This document shows, one piece after another, positions 12,742 to 26,130 of a DNA stretch of 48,446 bases. The notes under the pieces are model-generated. The model made no database searches and was not told the origin of the DNA. It saw only the letters and a list, made by a program, of their open reading frames with translations. The stretch lies in assembly GCF_004010195.1 (NCBI RefSeq), contig NC_057750.1:9381938-9430383 (forward strand), read 5' to 3'. The DNA comes from Chiloscyllium plagiosum (lineage: Eukaryota). Every line of letters begins with the position of its first letter. Within the stretch, counting starts at the first letter, position 1. Position numbers and translations under genes: made by a program.

Positions 12742-13165
12742 TTGCTCTCGCTCTCTCACTTGCACTCTCGCTCTACCCCTCTCGCACACTCTCTCTCTGC
12801 CCCTCTCGCGCACTGTCTCGCTCTCTACCCCTCTCGCACGCTGTCTCTCTCTTTCTCTGCCCCTCTTGCGCGCTCTCTCTCTGCCCCTCTCGTGCTCTGT
12901 CTCTCTGCCCCTCTCGTGCGCTGTCTCTCTCTTTGCCCCTCTCGCGTGCTGTCTCTCTCTCTCTCTGCCCCTCTTGCGCGCTCTCTCTCGCTCTCCCTCT
13001 CTGCCCCTCTCGTGCTCTCTCTCTCTGCCCCTCTCGCGCGCTGTCTCTCTCTCTCTCTCTGCCCCTCTCACGCGCTGTCTCTCTCTCTGCCCCTCTCGCG
13101 CGCTCTCTCTCGCTCTCTCTCTGCCCCTCTAGCGCACTCTCTCTCTGCCCCTCTCGCTCTCTCTA
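12742..13165. repeat. Compound (CT)n-TGCCCCTCTCGCGCG minisatellite
   Basis: About 15 degenerate units of CTCTCTCTGCCCCTCTCGYGC; gives rise to the low-complexity ORFs at 12673-13212. Confidence 0.9.
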
Positions 13166-13924
13166 CCTCCTTCTCCCTTTCCCTTGCCCTCCGACCCCTC
13201 CTCTATGATTAATTTGTCTCAGAAATGCAATTATATTCTATTGGTGATCACTCCTCTGCCCTTTACTCCCTCTGACCGTCCCAGTTGACTCCCCCTCCAG
13301 CCTGACCCATCTCCAGAACAATAGCCCCTTGCATGGTGTCCATGTGCCTGCCAGGGAGCTTGGTTTCCATTTTGTCTGGGAAGTCAGCTCCCTGAGGTGA
13401 CCCCCAGGGGTCCTCTGAGTGGGTTTGGGGGGTGGGGGGGGGAGTCAGAGGTCAGGGGCCATAGTGCTGGCTGAAGACCTGAAAACGACGTGCACATGAC
13501 TAATTCCCCAGTCGGTAACCCACCAGGATTGCAAATGAAGTATCGCTAATCGCCAAGGGAGACTCTTCAGTTTCCGAATCGTCATGGTGCAGGAGGGGGC
13601 CATAGTGTCTGTCCAGTCCCTTCACTTGTGTGTCATTACCTAGTTCCAATCACCTCCGTTTCTGTTCAAGTAACCAACTCTTGAATCCCTCGATCGGTCC
13701 TGCCTCCCCCACATTGCACTCCAGGCCCGTTACTTGCTGGCTGAGATTTTTCTCCCATCACCCTTGCACGTTGCTTTAAGTCTATTACCCCTCATCCTTC
13801 TCTCTCTCTCACCAGCAGGAACACTTTCTCCCTCCCTCTACTCTATCCAGCTCATTGATGATTTTGAAAATCTCTATCAAATCTCCTCTCAGCCTCCTCC
13901 TGTCCAGGAGCAGTCCCAACTTAA

Positions 13925-14925
13925 GAGTCACATAGCATGGAAACAGACCCTTCGGTCCAACTCATCCATGCTGACTAGATATCCTAACCTAATCTAGTCC
14001 CATTTGCCAGCACTTAGCCCATATCCCTCTAAACCTTGATATCACAAGGAGTTAAGGGCTACGGGGAGAATGCGGGTAAGTGGAGTTGAAATGCCCATCA
14101 GCCATGATTGAATGGCGGAGTGGACTCGATGGGCTGAATGGCCTTACTTCCGCTCCTATGTCTTATGGTCTAAACCCTTCGTATTGATGTACCCATCCAG
14201 ATGTCTTTTAAATGTTTAATTGTACCAGCCTCCATCACTTCCTCTGGCAGCTCATTCCATACACGCACCATCCTCTGTGTGAAAACGTTGCCCCGTAGAT
14301 CCCTTTTAAATCTTTCCCCTCTCACCCTAAACCTATGCCTTCTAGTTCTGGACTCCCCCACCCCAGGGAAAAGACTCATCAATTTACCCTATTCACGTCC
14401 CTTGTAATTTTATAAAACTCTATAAGGTCACCCCTCAGCCTCTGACGCTCCAGGGAAAACAGCCTCACCCTATTCAGCCTCTCCCTGTAGCTCAGATCCT
14501 CCAATCCTGGCAACATCCTTGTAAATCTTCTCTGAACCCTCTCAAGTTTCACAACATCTTTCCGATAGGAAGGAGACCAGAATTGCATGCAATATTCCAA
14601 CAGTGGCCTAACCAATGTCCTGTACAGCCGCAACATGACCTCCCAACTCCTGTACTCAATACTCTGACCAATAAAGGAAAGCATACCGAACGCCTTCTGT
14701 CTTTTAAACATTGTAACTGCACCCGCATCCACCACTTCCTCTGGAAGTTCATTCCACACACGAACCACCCTCTGTGTAAAAGAAAGTTGCCCCCATCCCT
14801 TTTTAAAATCTCCTCTCACCTTAAAAATACCCTTCCTAGTCTGGAACTCCCCCTCCTGAGGGAAAAGACCCTTCATTCACCTTATCCATGCCCCTTGTGA
14901 TTTTATAAACCTCAATTAAAATCAA
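13925..14925 (-). mobile_element. Nested HER1/CR1 LINE 3' fragments
   Basis: Minus-strand ORFs 14379-14876 and 14170-14382 contain LVRPLLEYCMQFWSP, RLRGDLIEFYKI and WNELPEEV. Confidence 0.88.
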
Positions 14926-15063
14926 CCTTCTACGTCCCATCCCTGCCTGTAGCAATCTGTCCTCATCACTGACGTTCCTCATTATCTGGAATAATTCTTG
15001 TAAATCGCACTAGCACTCTCTCGTTTTCCCTATAACAAGCCGCCCACAACCGTACACAGTTTA

Positions 15064-15382
15064 GCGGCATGGTGGCTCAGTGGTTAGCACTGCTGCCTCA
15101 CAGCGTTAAGGACCCGGGTTCGATTCTAGCCTCGGGTGACTCTGTGTGGAGTTCACACATTCTCCCCAAGGGTTTCCTCCGGGTGCTCTGGTTTCCTCCC
15201 ACAGTCACAAAGATGTGCAGGTTAGGGTGGAATTGGCCACGCTAAATTGCTCATAGTGTTCAGGGGTGTGTAGGCTAGGTGCATTTGTTAGGGGAATGGG
15301 TCTGGGAGGGATGGTCTTCGGATGGTCAGTGTGGACTCATTGGGCTGAATGGCCTGTTTCCACACTGTAGGGATTCCATGAT
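15064..15382 (+). mobile_element. HE1-like SINE
   Basis: GCGGCATGGTGGCTCAGTGGTTAGCAC...GGTTCGATTC...GGCCTGTTTCCACACTGTAGGGATTC. Confidence 0.85.
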
Positions 15383-17479
15383 GGTACTACAGCTGAGGTC
15401 TAACCAGTGACTGTTACAAGTTCAGCATTACCCACCTTCTCTACATGCCCCTGTTAATAAAGCTGAGGACACTGTGTGCTTTATGAGCTGCTCTCTCTAT
15501 CTGTCCTATCACCTTCAATGATCTGTGCGCGTATACACACAGGCCCTGCCTCACTCACTCTCACACAGCCCTCTCACACACCCCTCTCTCTCTCTCTCTC
15601 TCGCACACACACACCTCACTCTATTCACTCTAAGTCTTTTGGACAGGAATGAGAGACCTATCCTCCGCAAATTGTATGTTTGAGTAAACACTTTGTGCCA
15701 TACCAGGGTTAAACCTGGAATGAGGGAGCAAATGCGAAGAAAATACTGGGGCTTTTCCACAACATCAGATACCCAGCACAGCTACAGGCCATTCAGCCCA
15801 ACGGTTCAATACTGACCCTTCTCCCGCTCCTCCTTCATATTATCTCCCAACGAGGTGTCCGTCTATTGCTTTCTCCCACGTGATGTCTATTGAATTTGTC
15901 CGTGGGCTAACATCGATAATAAGGACTGGGTAGGGCTTGGATTCTGAATGTGATGGATTGCTGTTGCGGTTAGTGAAGCTGAAATGTACAGAGGCAAAGA
16001 TTTTGAGGCAAAGTCATAGGCGTGTGAAAATGAGTAAGAATCTGGTTGGGAGGGACGTGCAGAATGAACTTGATAGTCTTGTATACATATATTTTTGGAG
16101 TTGCGCAGCTCAGTAGAAAATACAGGAACTTTACTTTGAAATAGTCTATTGACCGTTTCTCAAAAACTCTTTCGGCAAGTGTTACTCACCGCCTTGCCGT
16201 TCCCACTTCCTGTGTCCCCCGTTGCTATGTAGCTTGTTGCGTTGTGATCCCAGCTTCCCGCGGCACTGCAGCGCCACTGTTAGACGATGAGTGCAATTAC
16301 AGCGTGACACGTTGACATAGCCGATTCCATTCTGGACGCGGATGCAGGAAATTGTCACAAAAAAACCCAGGGCCTGTGCCCGACTTTAAAACGGGAGCAG
16401 CGTTTGTGCATCGTCTTTATCAATGACTCCTATCTCCTGGCAGGAAATCCGGCAGAGCTCTGCTGGGTGAAGATTAACATACCTAGATTTGCAGTTAACA
16501 GGATTAAGACAACCTCTGCTTTCCGAATCAGATTAACGGTGTGTTAATTCAGATTAGCAATTAGAAAGCCGGCTCTGTTTGAGCCCTTTTGATTTGTACC
16601 AATGAAACCCCCCCCTCCCAGGCCGTGTGCTTTGGAATCTTCCATCGCCATGGAGTCCTGGAGTTGGAGGGAAATTGGGAGGAGATCTGGATTCATTCCG
16701 GCCCCCCCGAGCTCTTGCCCCAATCTGGGACCCTGATTTGAGGTTTGATTGTTGTGCCCCACCCCCAAAACCCCCCTACCTGCCTGCCATGTGGTACCTG
16801 ATCAAGTGCCTCACTAAAGCCCAAGGAGCCAACATCCACTGCCCTTCCCTCACTGATCGTTCTTGTCACCTCCTTCAAAACTCAATCAGGTGGGTGTGGA
16901 GCAGGCCATCAGGAGAAGGAAGTGAGGGCTGGTTAGTGCTGTCTCTGAGTTCCTCACCCTCCTCACCGCCGCCCCCCCCCCTCCAAATCTCAGCTGGTAC
17001 CCCCCCCCCCCCCCCAATCGGGAAATCCTGCCCCAACTTTGAGAAGCCCTCTTGGTGATTCACCAGGACAACAGGACCAGAGTCCACCTGTATAGGAGCA
17101 GCGATAAAGGAGGCCCTGTGTTAATTTTTAAAACTCCGGTGGGTTTTGATAAAGAATTAGATTCCCTTCAGTGTGGAAATGGGCCATTTGGTCCAACAAG
17201 TCTGGGTAGGTTACTCTTCAGAGGGCCGGTGTGGACTTGTTGGGCCGAAGGGCCTGTTTCCACATGGTAGGGATTCTATGATTCTACGGTACAGTCGGTT
17301 TCTCTGTACCGTGATGGTTCCGACCCCTTGTAAGAGAAAACTCACGCTTTCGAAACAACGGCTTAAAGTGTCGGTGTTAGGGCCAATGCACGTTTTAAAG
17401 GTTCGTGCTGTAGAAACAGCGTCCCCATTTTGTCAGTTGTGCTACGGTGAATTAGTGTTGATGAAATGTGCAGAGTGAC

Positions 17480-17705
17480 CTGTACCTATCCAGATGCCTT
17501 TTAAATGTTGTCATTGTACCAGCCTTCACCACTTCCTCTGGCAGCTCGTTTCATACACGTACCACCCTCTGTGTGAAAAAGTTGCCCCTCAGATCCCTTT
17601 TAAATCTGTTCTCTCTCACCTTAATCCTATGCTCTCTAGTTCTGGACTCCCCCCTACCCTGGAGAAAAGACTGTTGACCCCCTCCATGCCCCTCATGAAT
17701 TTACA
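17480..17705 (-). mobile_element. HER1/CR1 LINE fragment
   Basis: Near-identical in structure to 14190-14400. Confidence 0.8.
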
Positions 17706-17904
17706 CACCCTGATTGTTTTCCCCAGTGCCAAATTGGTTTTATGTGTCTGATGGAACTGGCTGTCTGAGGCAATGGCAGGGGAAAAGCTGATGGGAGTGG
17801 TGACGGAATGTGAATGGTGAGCCCACACACTATGGGGAAAATGTCACTCTGGGCTAGTATGGGGACGAGGAATGGTCTCCGAGGGGGTCAGAATCGAGAG
17901 TGAT

Positions 17905-18395
17905 TTCCATAGACCAGCTTCGCAAACACTGGGGCGACAGGAGTGGCTTTGAGACGAGGAATACTGCGGTGAGTAACTCCCCATCTGACTCCCCCCAAAG
18001 CCTGTCCACCATCGACAAGGCACAAGTCAGGAGGGTGAGGGGATACTCCCCCACTTGCCCCTGGATGGGGGCAGCTCCAACAACACTCCAGAAGCTCGAT
18101 GCCGTCCAGGACGAAGCAGCCCTCGCTTGATTGGGATCACATCCACAAGCATCCCCTCCCTCCACCCCCTGATGCTCAGTAGCAGCAGGGTGTACCATCT
18201 ACAAGATGTGCTGCAGAAATTTGCCAGAGGTCCTCAGACAGCACCACGACCACTTGCATCTAGAAAGGCCACAGATAAGGAAACCCCCCTCCCCCACCCA
18301 CAAACTTCCTTCAAGCCACTCGCCATCCTGACTTGGAAATATATCACTGTCCCTTCAGTGTCACTGGGTCAAAATCCTGGAATTCCCTCCCTAGT
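17905..18395 (+). mobile_element. CR1-like LINE 3' fragment
   Basis: Encodes KAQVRRVRGYSPTCPWMGAAPTTLQKLDAVQDEAA; reverse-complement homolog of 9450-9860. Confidence 0.75.
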
Positions 18396-18589
18396 AGTTA
18401 CAACATTTAAAAGTCATTTGATGGTGTACATGAATAAGAAATGTTTGCAGGGGATATGGGCTAATCGCAGGCTGGTGGGGACTTAGTTTGGTTTGGGATT
18501 ATGGGTCAGCATGGATTGGTTGGGCCGAAGGGTCTGTGTCCGTGCTGTATGACTCAATGAAAGAAAAAAAATACCTTCCACCTGTGTAG

Positions 18590-18830
18590 TGTGCCCGCCT
18601 CAGGCGACTGACTGTGTAGAGTTTGCATATTCTCCCCGTGTCTGCGTGGGTTTCCTCCAGGTGCCCCGGTTTCCTCCCACAGTCCAAAGATGTGCAGGTC
18701 AGGTGAATTGGCCATGCTAAATTGCCCGTAGTGTTAGGTAAGGGGTAAAATGTAGGGGTTGCGCTTCGGCGGGTCGGTGTGGACTTGTTGGGCCGAAGGG
18801 CCTGTTTCCACACTGTAATGTAATCTAATC
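18590..18830 (+). mobile_element. HE1-like SINE, 5'-truncated
   Basis: V-domain, then a GGCCTGTTTCCACACTGTAATGTAATCTAATC tail. Confidence 0.8.
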
Positions 18831-19199
18831 AAAACATCGCAAAGTGATCTACACCCAGTGAACCACTTACATAGAACAATACAGCGCAGAACAGGCCCTT
18901 CGGCCCTCGATGTTGCGTCGACCTGCGAACTAATCTAAGCCCATCCCCCACATTATCCCGTCATCATCCATATACTTGTCCAAGGATTGTTTAAATCTCC
19001 CTAATGTGGCTGAGTTAACTACATCGGCACTTCTGAAGGGGAAGCCGTGTAGTAAAGTGATGTGGAAGTTGTGTCCAGCAAGCAGTACTTTGGTCTCCAA
19101 CGTGAAATATTAATACACAGGCAGATCTCCCAGAATGCGATGGTTGCGTTCCTGTGCAACCCTGCGCTATACACCAATCGCGCAGTACAAACAGCACTT

Positions 19200-19642
19200 A
19201 GAGTGTTGGCAAACTCCCAGGATGCTGCCTGGGCTGGAGGGCATGTCTTATGAAGAAAGGTTGAGCAAGCTCAGACTTTTCTCATTGGAGTGAAGAAGGA
19301 TGAGAGATGGCTGGATAGAGATATGACATAGATAGAGTGGACAGTCAGAGACGTCTTCCCAGGGCAGAAATGGCTATCACAAGGGTGTAATTTTAAGATG
19401 ATTGGAGGAGGGTTTAGGGGAGATGTCAGAGGTTGGCTCTTTACACAGAGAGTGGGGGTGTGTGGAATGCACTGACGACGGTGGGAGTAGAGTCAGAGAC
19501 ATTAGGGACATTTCAGTGACTCTTGGATAGGCACCTGGATGAGAGTACAATGAAGGGAATGTAGGTTAGTCTGATCTGAGAGTAGGATAAAAGGTCAGCA
19601 CAACATCGAGGGCTGAAGGGCCTGTACTGTTCTATTTTCTAA
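19200..19642 (+). mobile_element. CR1 LINE 3' end
   Basis: GGATGCTGCCTGGGCTGGAGG...TTTACACAGAGAGTGG...GGGCTGAAGGGCCTGTACTGTTCTA tail. Confidence 0.75.
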
Positions 19643-19699
19643 TTGCCACCGCACTCTCACACTCACACACTCACACTCACAAACTCTTTCTCACACACA

Positions 19700-20199
19700 N
19701 NNNNNNNNNNNNNNNNNNNNNNNNNNNNNNNNNNNNNNNNNNNNNNNNNNNNNNNNNNNNNNNNNNNNNNNNNNNNNNNNNNNNNNNNNNNNNNNNNNNN
19801 NNNNNNNNNNNNNNNNNNNNNNNNNNNNNNNNNNNNNNNNNNNNNNNNNNNNNNNNNNNNNNNNNNNNNNNNNNNNNNNNNNNNNNNNNNNNNNNNNNNN
19901 NNNNNNNNNNNNNNNNNNNNNNNNNNNNNNNNNNNNNNNNNNNNNNNNNNNNNNNNNNNNNNNNNNNNNNNNNNNNNNNNNNNNNNNNNNNNNNNNNNNN
20001 NNNNNNNNNNNNNNNNNNNNNNNNNNNNNNNNNNNNNNNNNNNNNNNNNNNNNNNNNNNNNNNNNNNNNNNNNNNNNNNNNNNNNNNNNNNNNNNNNNNN
20101 NNNNNNNNNNNNNNNNNNNNNNNNNNNNNNNNNNNNNNNNNNNNNNNNNNNNNNNNNNNNNNNNNNNNNNNNNNNNNNNNNNNNNNNNNNNNNNNNNNN
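19700..20199. other. Assembly gap (500 N)
   Basis: Run of N following a CA-rich repeat. Confidence 0.99.
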
Positions 20200-21759
20200 C
20201 GTTAACGTTTTGGATCGAGTGACCATTCCTCAGAACTGTTCTATGCTCACTCTTACACAGAAAGTATTTGCAGAGACTCACACCCATCAACTGCAGGTAA
20301 CACCAGCACAGGTTTGTGGAAAAAGCTGGTGTTGAGAAGAACTTGTTTCAGGCAGTGCTTGGAAAGAGTTTAGGCAAGACAAAACGTCTGAGTAACTTGC
20401 AGAAAGAAACCCCAAACCTGAATGGATTGTAATAACTGAGACACAGACTGGTCTCTCTACTGGAACTCGGTGGGAGGGAGATTGATCGTAATGTCACCAA
20501 CTCTCTCAAGGAAGATGGATTTTTAAAATTCTCATTATAGTCCTTTCATTATGTTACTGACCCCACTCACTGAAGAAAGCCACTTCACGCTCCACAGGAA
20601 ATCAAAATATTTGAGTCTAGGGATTATTCTTGGGAGCTCACAAATAAACCTGGCCCAAATCATGTGCAAACCAGGACTTATGTATCAAGCACTGATTGGA
20701 GAGGTAATGAACTATATAAGAACTGAAGTGACGTATGAGAACTATCGAGAATTCTACATCTATGGGGGATCTGCGGGATTGGCAAGGATGTGGCTTTGAC
20801 AATTACTTGGAGGGTTTGAGGTAAACAGTATCAATGCATTTAAGGAGGATTTTTATTTAACTCTAGGCAAAGACAAAGTGTATCAGAAACCGATACAGAG
20901 CTAGATAGAGGAACCCAAATACTTTGTCACGAAGGAACAGAAAGCTAAGATATCCAACCATTATAGTGTCATAGAGATGTACCGCATGGAAACAGACCCT
21001 TCGGTCCAACCCGTCCAGATATCCCAACCCAACTTAATCCCACCTGCCAGCACCCGGCCCACATCCCTCCAAACCCTTCCTGTTCACTAGCTTCTTCAAA
21101 AACGCCTAATTATTAACGGACAACGTCCTTCTCTGGAAGTTGTGTTGAGCGGCTTCATGAATCGCTTTGTTTAGGTGATTGTGAGCACTGTGTGACCCTT
21201 ACAAGTATCTTGCTCAACCTCTAGTCTCCCAACACAGCCAGTTCTGCACTTCAGCTACAGGGCCAGCACTGCAATCCTGATTTCCAAATCCCTCCTATCC
21301 CTAAATTTCTTCATCGATTCAAGTCAGTAGCTTGCCAATTAGGGATAGGCAAAACTTGCTACCCGGGCCAGCGATGGCCACGTAATGGATGAATTAAAAA
21401 GCTCTCAGATGTCTGCTTTGCTCAGCTTCATGACTGTTGTGTGTCTTCCAATCATAAACACAGCATCATTTGGCTGCTGTGTCTTCAGTTCTCGAATACC
21501 TCTTCTCTCAAAACTCTCCTGAACAGCTCGCTGTTTGACTAGGCTTTTACCCTCCAACCCAAACCACGAGTTTGGTGCTGTCTATGGAGTAGCTGAGAGA
21601 TGAGACGGGAAGGTGCTGGTAGACAGTTGTTGCAGTAATAATTAGAAAGTGTTTTTCACTTTCACCCAAGGTAGATATTTTGAATGAGAGACAAATTGAA
21701 ATGGAAAGACCCACGAAGGCAGAAGCATTGTTCGGCCTTATTTGAAAAATACTCTCAAA

Positions 21760-22600
21760 ATGGATGTAGGTTTGCTCGCTGAGCTGGAAGGTTTGTTTTC
21801 AGATGTTTCGTCACCATCGTGGGTAACATCTTCGAATGAAGCACTGCTGGTGTATGTGTTGATGTGTTTGCTGATAGAGTTTCAGTTGGAATGCTGTGCT
21901 TCTAGGAATTCTCATGCGTGTCTCTGTTTGGCTTGTCCTAGGATGGATGTGTTGTCCCAGTCAAAGTAGTGTCTTTCCTTATCTGTATGTAAGGGTACTG
22001 GTGAGAGAGGGTCATGTCTTTTGTGGCTAGTTGATGTTCATGTATCCTGGTGGCTAGTTTCTGCAGTGTTTGTTACAGTTCTTGCAAGGTATTTTGTAAA
22101 TGACATTTGTTTTGCTTGTTATCTGGATAATGTCAAATTCATTAGCTGCTGTTTTAGTGTGTTGGTGGGTTTGAGGGCTACCTTGATGCCAAGGGGTCTG
22201 TGTAATCTGGCAGTCATTTCAGAGATGAGGAAGGACACCACTTCGACTGGGACAACACATCCATCCTCAGACAAACCAAACGGAGGCACGCACGAGAATT
22301 CCTAGAAGCATGGCATCCCAACTGAAACTCTATTGACAAACACATCAACTTGGATCCCATTTACCACCCTCTGAGAAAAATAACAGGAAATGACATCACC
22401 GCAGGAAATGATGTCATCCTCCCCGAGGGAATTCCAACATACAAATCGAAAGCGGGCTACACCACCAGTGCTTCATTCGGAGGCTTATTGAAGATGTTAG
22501 CTAGTAGGGTGACGAAACATCTGAAAATGAACCTTCCAGCTCAGCGAGCAAACCTACATCCAGAACCTCAACCTGAGCAACAAATCTTCTCAAAACTCGC
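21760..22600. mobile_element. Penelope-like element remnant: two GIY-YIG 3' halves in inverted orientation
   Basis: Plus 22224-22375 translates DEEGHHFDWDNTSILRQTKRRHAREFLEAWH..IDKHINLDPIY. Minus 21855-22220 encodes the homologous YFDWDNTSILGQAKQRHA*EFLEA. The termini are inverted repeats. Confidence 0.85.
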
Positions 22601-22769
22601 TAACACTCTCAAAACATACAATAAATTCATAAGACACAGAAAGAGAACTTTCAACCCATCCAAACTAGTCCACCATTCAATGAGATCATGGTTAACCTGA
22701 TAATCCTCAACTCTATTTTCCTGCTTTTTTCCCCATAACCTTAGATTCTTTGATTTTAGAATCTGGGAA

Positions 22770-23437
22770 TGGATCTCAGTGCCCATGGACACGGATCCCT
22801 GAAAGTTGCTGCCCAGGTTGTTAAGAAGGCATACAGTGTGTTAGCTTTTATTGGTAACGAGATTGAGGTTTGGAGCCATGAGGTCATGCTGCAGCTGTAC
22901 AGAACTGGTGTGGCCACACTTGGAGTACTGCGTATAGTTCGGGTCACCGCTTTACAGGAAGAATTTGGAAGCTTTGGAAAGGATTCAGAGATTTACTAGA
23001 ATGCTGCCTGGTATGGAGGGAAGGACTTACGGGGAGAAGGACTTACGGGGAAAGGCTGAGGGACTTGAAGCTGTTTCCGTTAAGAGAGAAGGTTGAGAGG
23101 TGACTTAATTGAGGCATACAAGATAATCAGAGGGTTAGATAGGAAGAGCCTTTTTCCTCGGACAGTGATGGCTAGCATGAGGGGACATACTTTAAATTGA
23201 GGGGTGATAGATATAGGACAGATGTCAGAGGTAGTTTCTTTACTCAGAGAGTATTAGGGATGTGGAATGCCCTGCCTGCAACAGTAGTAGACTCGCCAAC
23301 TTCAAGGGCATTTAAATGGTCATTGGATAGACAAACGGACAAAATTAGAATCGTGCAGGGAGATGGGCTTCTGATTGTTGCACCGGCCTGTGGAACCATC
23401 GAGGGCCGAAGGGCCTGTACTATGCTGTAATGTTCTA
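22770..23437 (+). mobile_element. CR1 LINE 3' fragment
   Basis: SLKVAAQVVKKAYSVLAFI...MLQLYRT and FFTQRVLGMWNALPATVV motifs, with the typical 3' tail. Confidence 0.85.
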
Positions 23438-24094
23438 CAGTGGATCCATTCACGTCACTGACTGAAAAATGCTTTTAGACTTCTCATTAATATTTCTTTC
23501 TAAACAAACGAATACAATGTCCTGGAGGTAGGTGCAGGGTTTTTAAGTGTTTCTGGCAAGTCAGAATAGCTCACTATGTCATATTAGCGCAAAGAGAACC
23601 TTCAATCACATTGGCATAGGACTGGAGCGACACACAGATTAAGACAACAGCTGACCACAAAGGGGAGGAAATCCAAGGTGATATGTCTCGTCACTAGGGG
23701 GGAAGGGGTTGTTCAGGACTCCTGACTTCACCAAGGGGGCACCCAAACTCTGTGCCTCCAAAGAGTCGTGGCCAACCTGAAACTTTAACCCTTGTCTCTC
23801 CACAGACTTGACCCTGGCCTTCTGATTACTGCCAGCAATTTCTGGGTTTGATTGCAGATGCCCTTCCACTGCAATGGGAACAGACATTAAATGAGGCAGA
23901 TCATCTTCTGAAGGGCAAATGCCAATGATAAGGGATGGGAGATCTCACCCCAGTGTCAGTCTAATACAAACACAATGAGACTCCCTTCCAACAGACAAGA
24001 TACCTCACTCAAATGTCAACGTACTTCATCAGTGGAAGTTCCAAGCTGGTTCTAACGGCAGCACAGAGCAATCCAAATCCCAGTTAAAAAGGGC

Positions 24095-24100
24095 TTTATT
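24095..24100 (-). terminator. Candidate polyadenylation signal (AATAAA) of the IRF2BP gene
   Basis: TTTATT on plus. On minus it is preceded by U-rich sequence and followed by a GU-rich tract (GGATTTGGATTGCTCTGTG). It closes a ~2 kb interval with no recognisable TE below the stop codon. Confidence 0.55.
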
Positions 24101-26130
24101 TCGTAGGAGTTTTGAATTTAAATATAAAAAAAATTTCTTCTGTTAAACCATGATTATCACAAGCTAAGGTAATTACAGATTATTACAACAGAGGAAGAAA
24201 CAGCCAGTACAATCACAGGAAGACACACAACACACTGGTATCAGATCACAAGATGAAAACCTCCTCAAATGCTCCCTGTTACTTGCAAGGGTGCAGCAGC
24301 TTCATAACATTGGTTTTCAAAAGGAAAAAAACAACAGTAGCATTTTAAACACACTCAAGAGGCAATCAAAACAAAACTGCAGACACTACAGTTCTCCATT
24401 CCCCTTCTGATATTTATGAATACCTGGCCCACTTAACAAGTCAGTCACACACTGCCCTCCAAAGGTCCACCAAACTGGGCACACAAGTGGCAGCGAAGAG
24501 GACGAGGACACATCTGACGCAACCCGAGAGTGACTGTGGTTCCAATGGGAAAAGCACTGACCACTGCTGTGGAACTCTACAGAGTACTGCAGGGTGCAGT
24601 AACTGTGGTCAGCTCAGGTGCAGCTCAATCCATCTTCATCCAAAAGGATTCACTGCTGTTTTGTGAACCAGTCAGCGACAGGACTCTTGTCGATCTCACC
24701 CTCCCGCCCAGAGGTGTCTCCCACTATTCTTAAAAAGACCAGTTGGGGGTTTAAACTCGTCGCTTGCGTTTGACGGTAGCACAAGGCGAAAGATAAACTT
24801 CACAAAGACAAATGACATTTCTGATCCACCACAGCAGCCCCAACAAGAGGGCAACAGGAAGTGACCCGTTCAGTGAGGATCACTCCCAACCACTCTCCCC
24901 TCAATCACCACCCTCAGACTGTGAGAGTTCACACAGGCTACTGAACATCAGGAAGTATCACAGCTCTCCCTTAACACCCACATATGGCCCTCGCCACTGC
25001 ACAAGGGCCGGTGGAGGATTGGGGGGGGGGGGCTCACTCTCATTGTTAATTGCTGGGGGAGGATAAGGGTGCCAAGGCAGATTGAGGATTCCCATCAAGC
25101 CCACTGCCCTGAGGCCACGGTTCAGCACAGCCCGGATCAGCCGGCCACAAACTTTCCCAACGGTGTCTCAGGGCTGCAGCTGGCTTTGTGTGGCAGTGTT
25201 GGCAAGAGGAATGCTCCCCGCCACTCCAGCTTCCAACCACGTGTCAACTGCCAAGCCTGTGCCAACCTCAGGCCCTGGCAGACCAATGAGCATTCTGACC
25301 TTCCCTTAAAGAGGAATCTGCCACAGCTCAAAGGTTACACAGCACTGTGCGAATCCGCAAAGTGCTGGTGTGTCAGCCCCTGCAAGTCAACATATCGTGG
25401 CTTCCAACTCAGAGTGAGGGGGCAGTGCACAAACAGACGCTGGTTGGGGAGCAAGAGGGGGAGGAAGAGAGAGTGAGCGAAGGTCACACAGACATCACAG
25501 GCACCTCTGGATGCATGGTTCTCCCCCCTTTTGGGGAGGGATGCTGTGGGCAGAGGAGGCAGCAGCAGAGGGGGAATCTCAGGCCCGGGATAATCCCCCA
25601 GCACAACGTTTTAAAACAAAAACACACACACACACACACACACAAAACACAAACATACATATACAAAAAAAGTGGTTGTCCAGAAAGTTCGACGGGTATG
25701 CACGGATAATGCAAAACCAGTGTCAACCACTCCCAGATAATCCACCACGTTGGCAACGGCGCAACAACTTGATACGTTTCGGGCACGTTGAAATCGCGGG
25801 AGTTTCAAAACCTCTGCCACTCTCCCATCCTCCACGACGCACACCAGTGTCTAAGTGCCAATGTTGGCCAAGGGGTGATGCTGAATGATACTCCCCCTGG
25901 TCTCTCTCGCTGCAGTAAAGTCTGTCCTTGGAGCGGATGGCGGGTATCTTCCCAAGAGAAGGCAAATCAATCCCATTGTCTCTCGTAGTTGGCTTTGAAT
26001 TTTTGTTTTTGGTTGCAGAGACCTCTCGGTCCATCAGTGGGTGAGGAGGGCGGGAGGTTTCCAAAGAGGAGGAGTTACAGGCAGCTAGCTCCTTGACTCA
26101 AGCAGCTCAGTCTCGGTCTCTCGCGGTGTC

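Noticed and set aside
19643..20335. ORFs spanning the N run
   Set aside because: Artefact of the assembly gap.
23020..23051. 16-bp tandem duplication GAAGGACTTACGGGGA
   Set aside because: Trivial slippage within a dead CR1 fragment.
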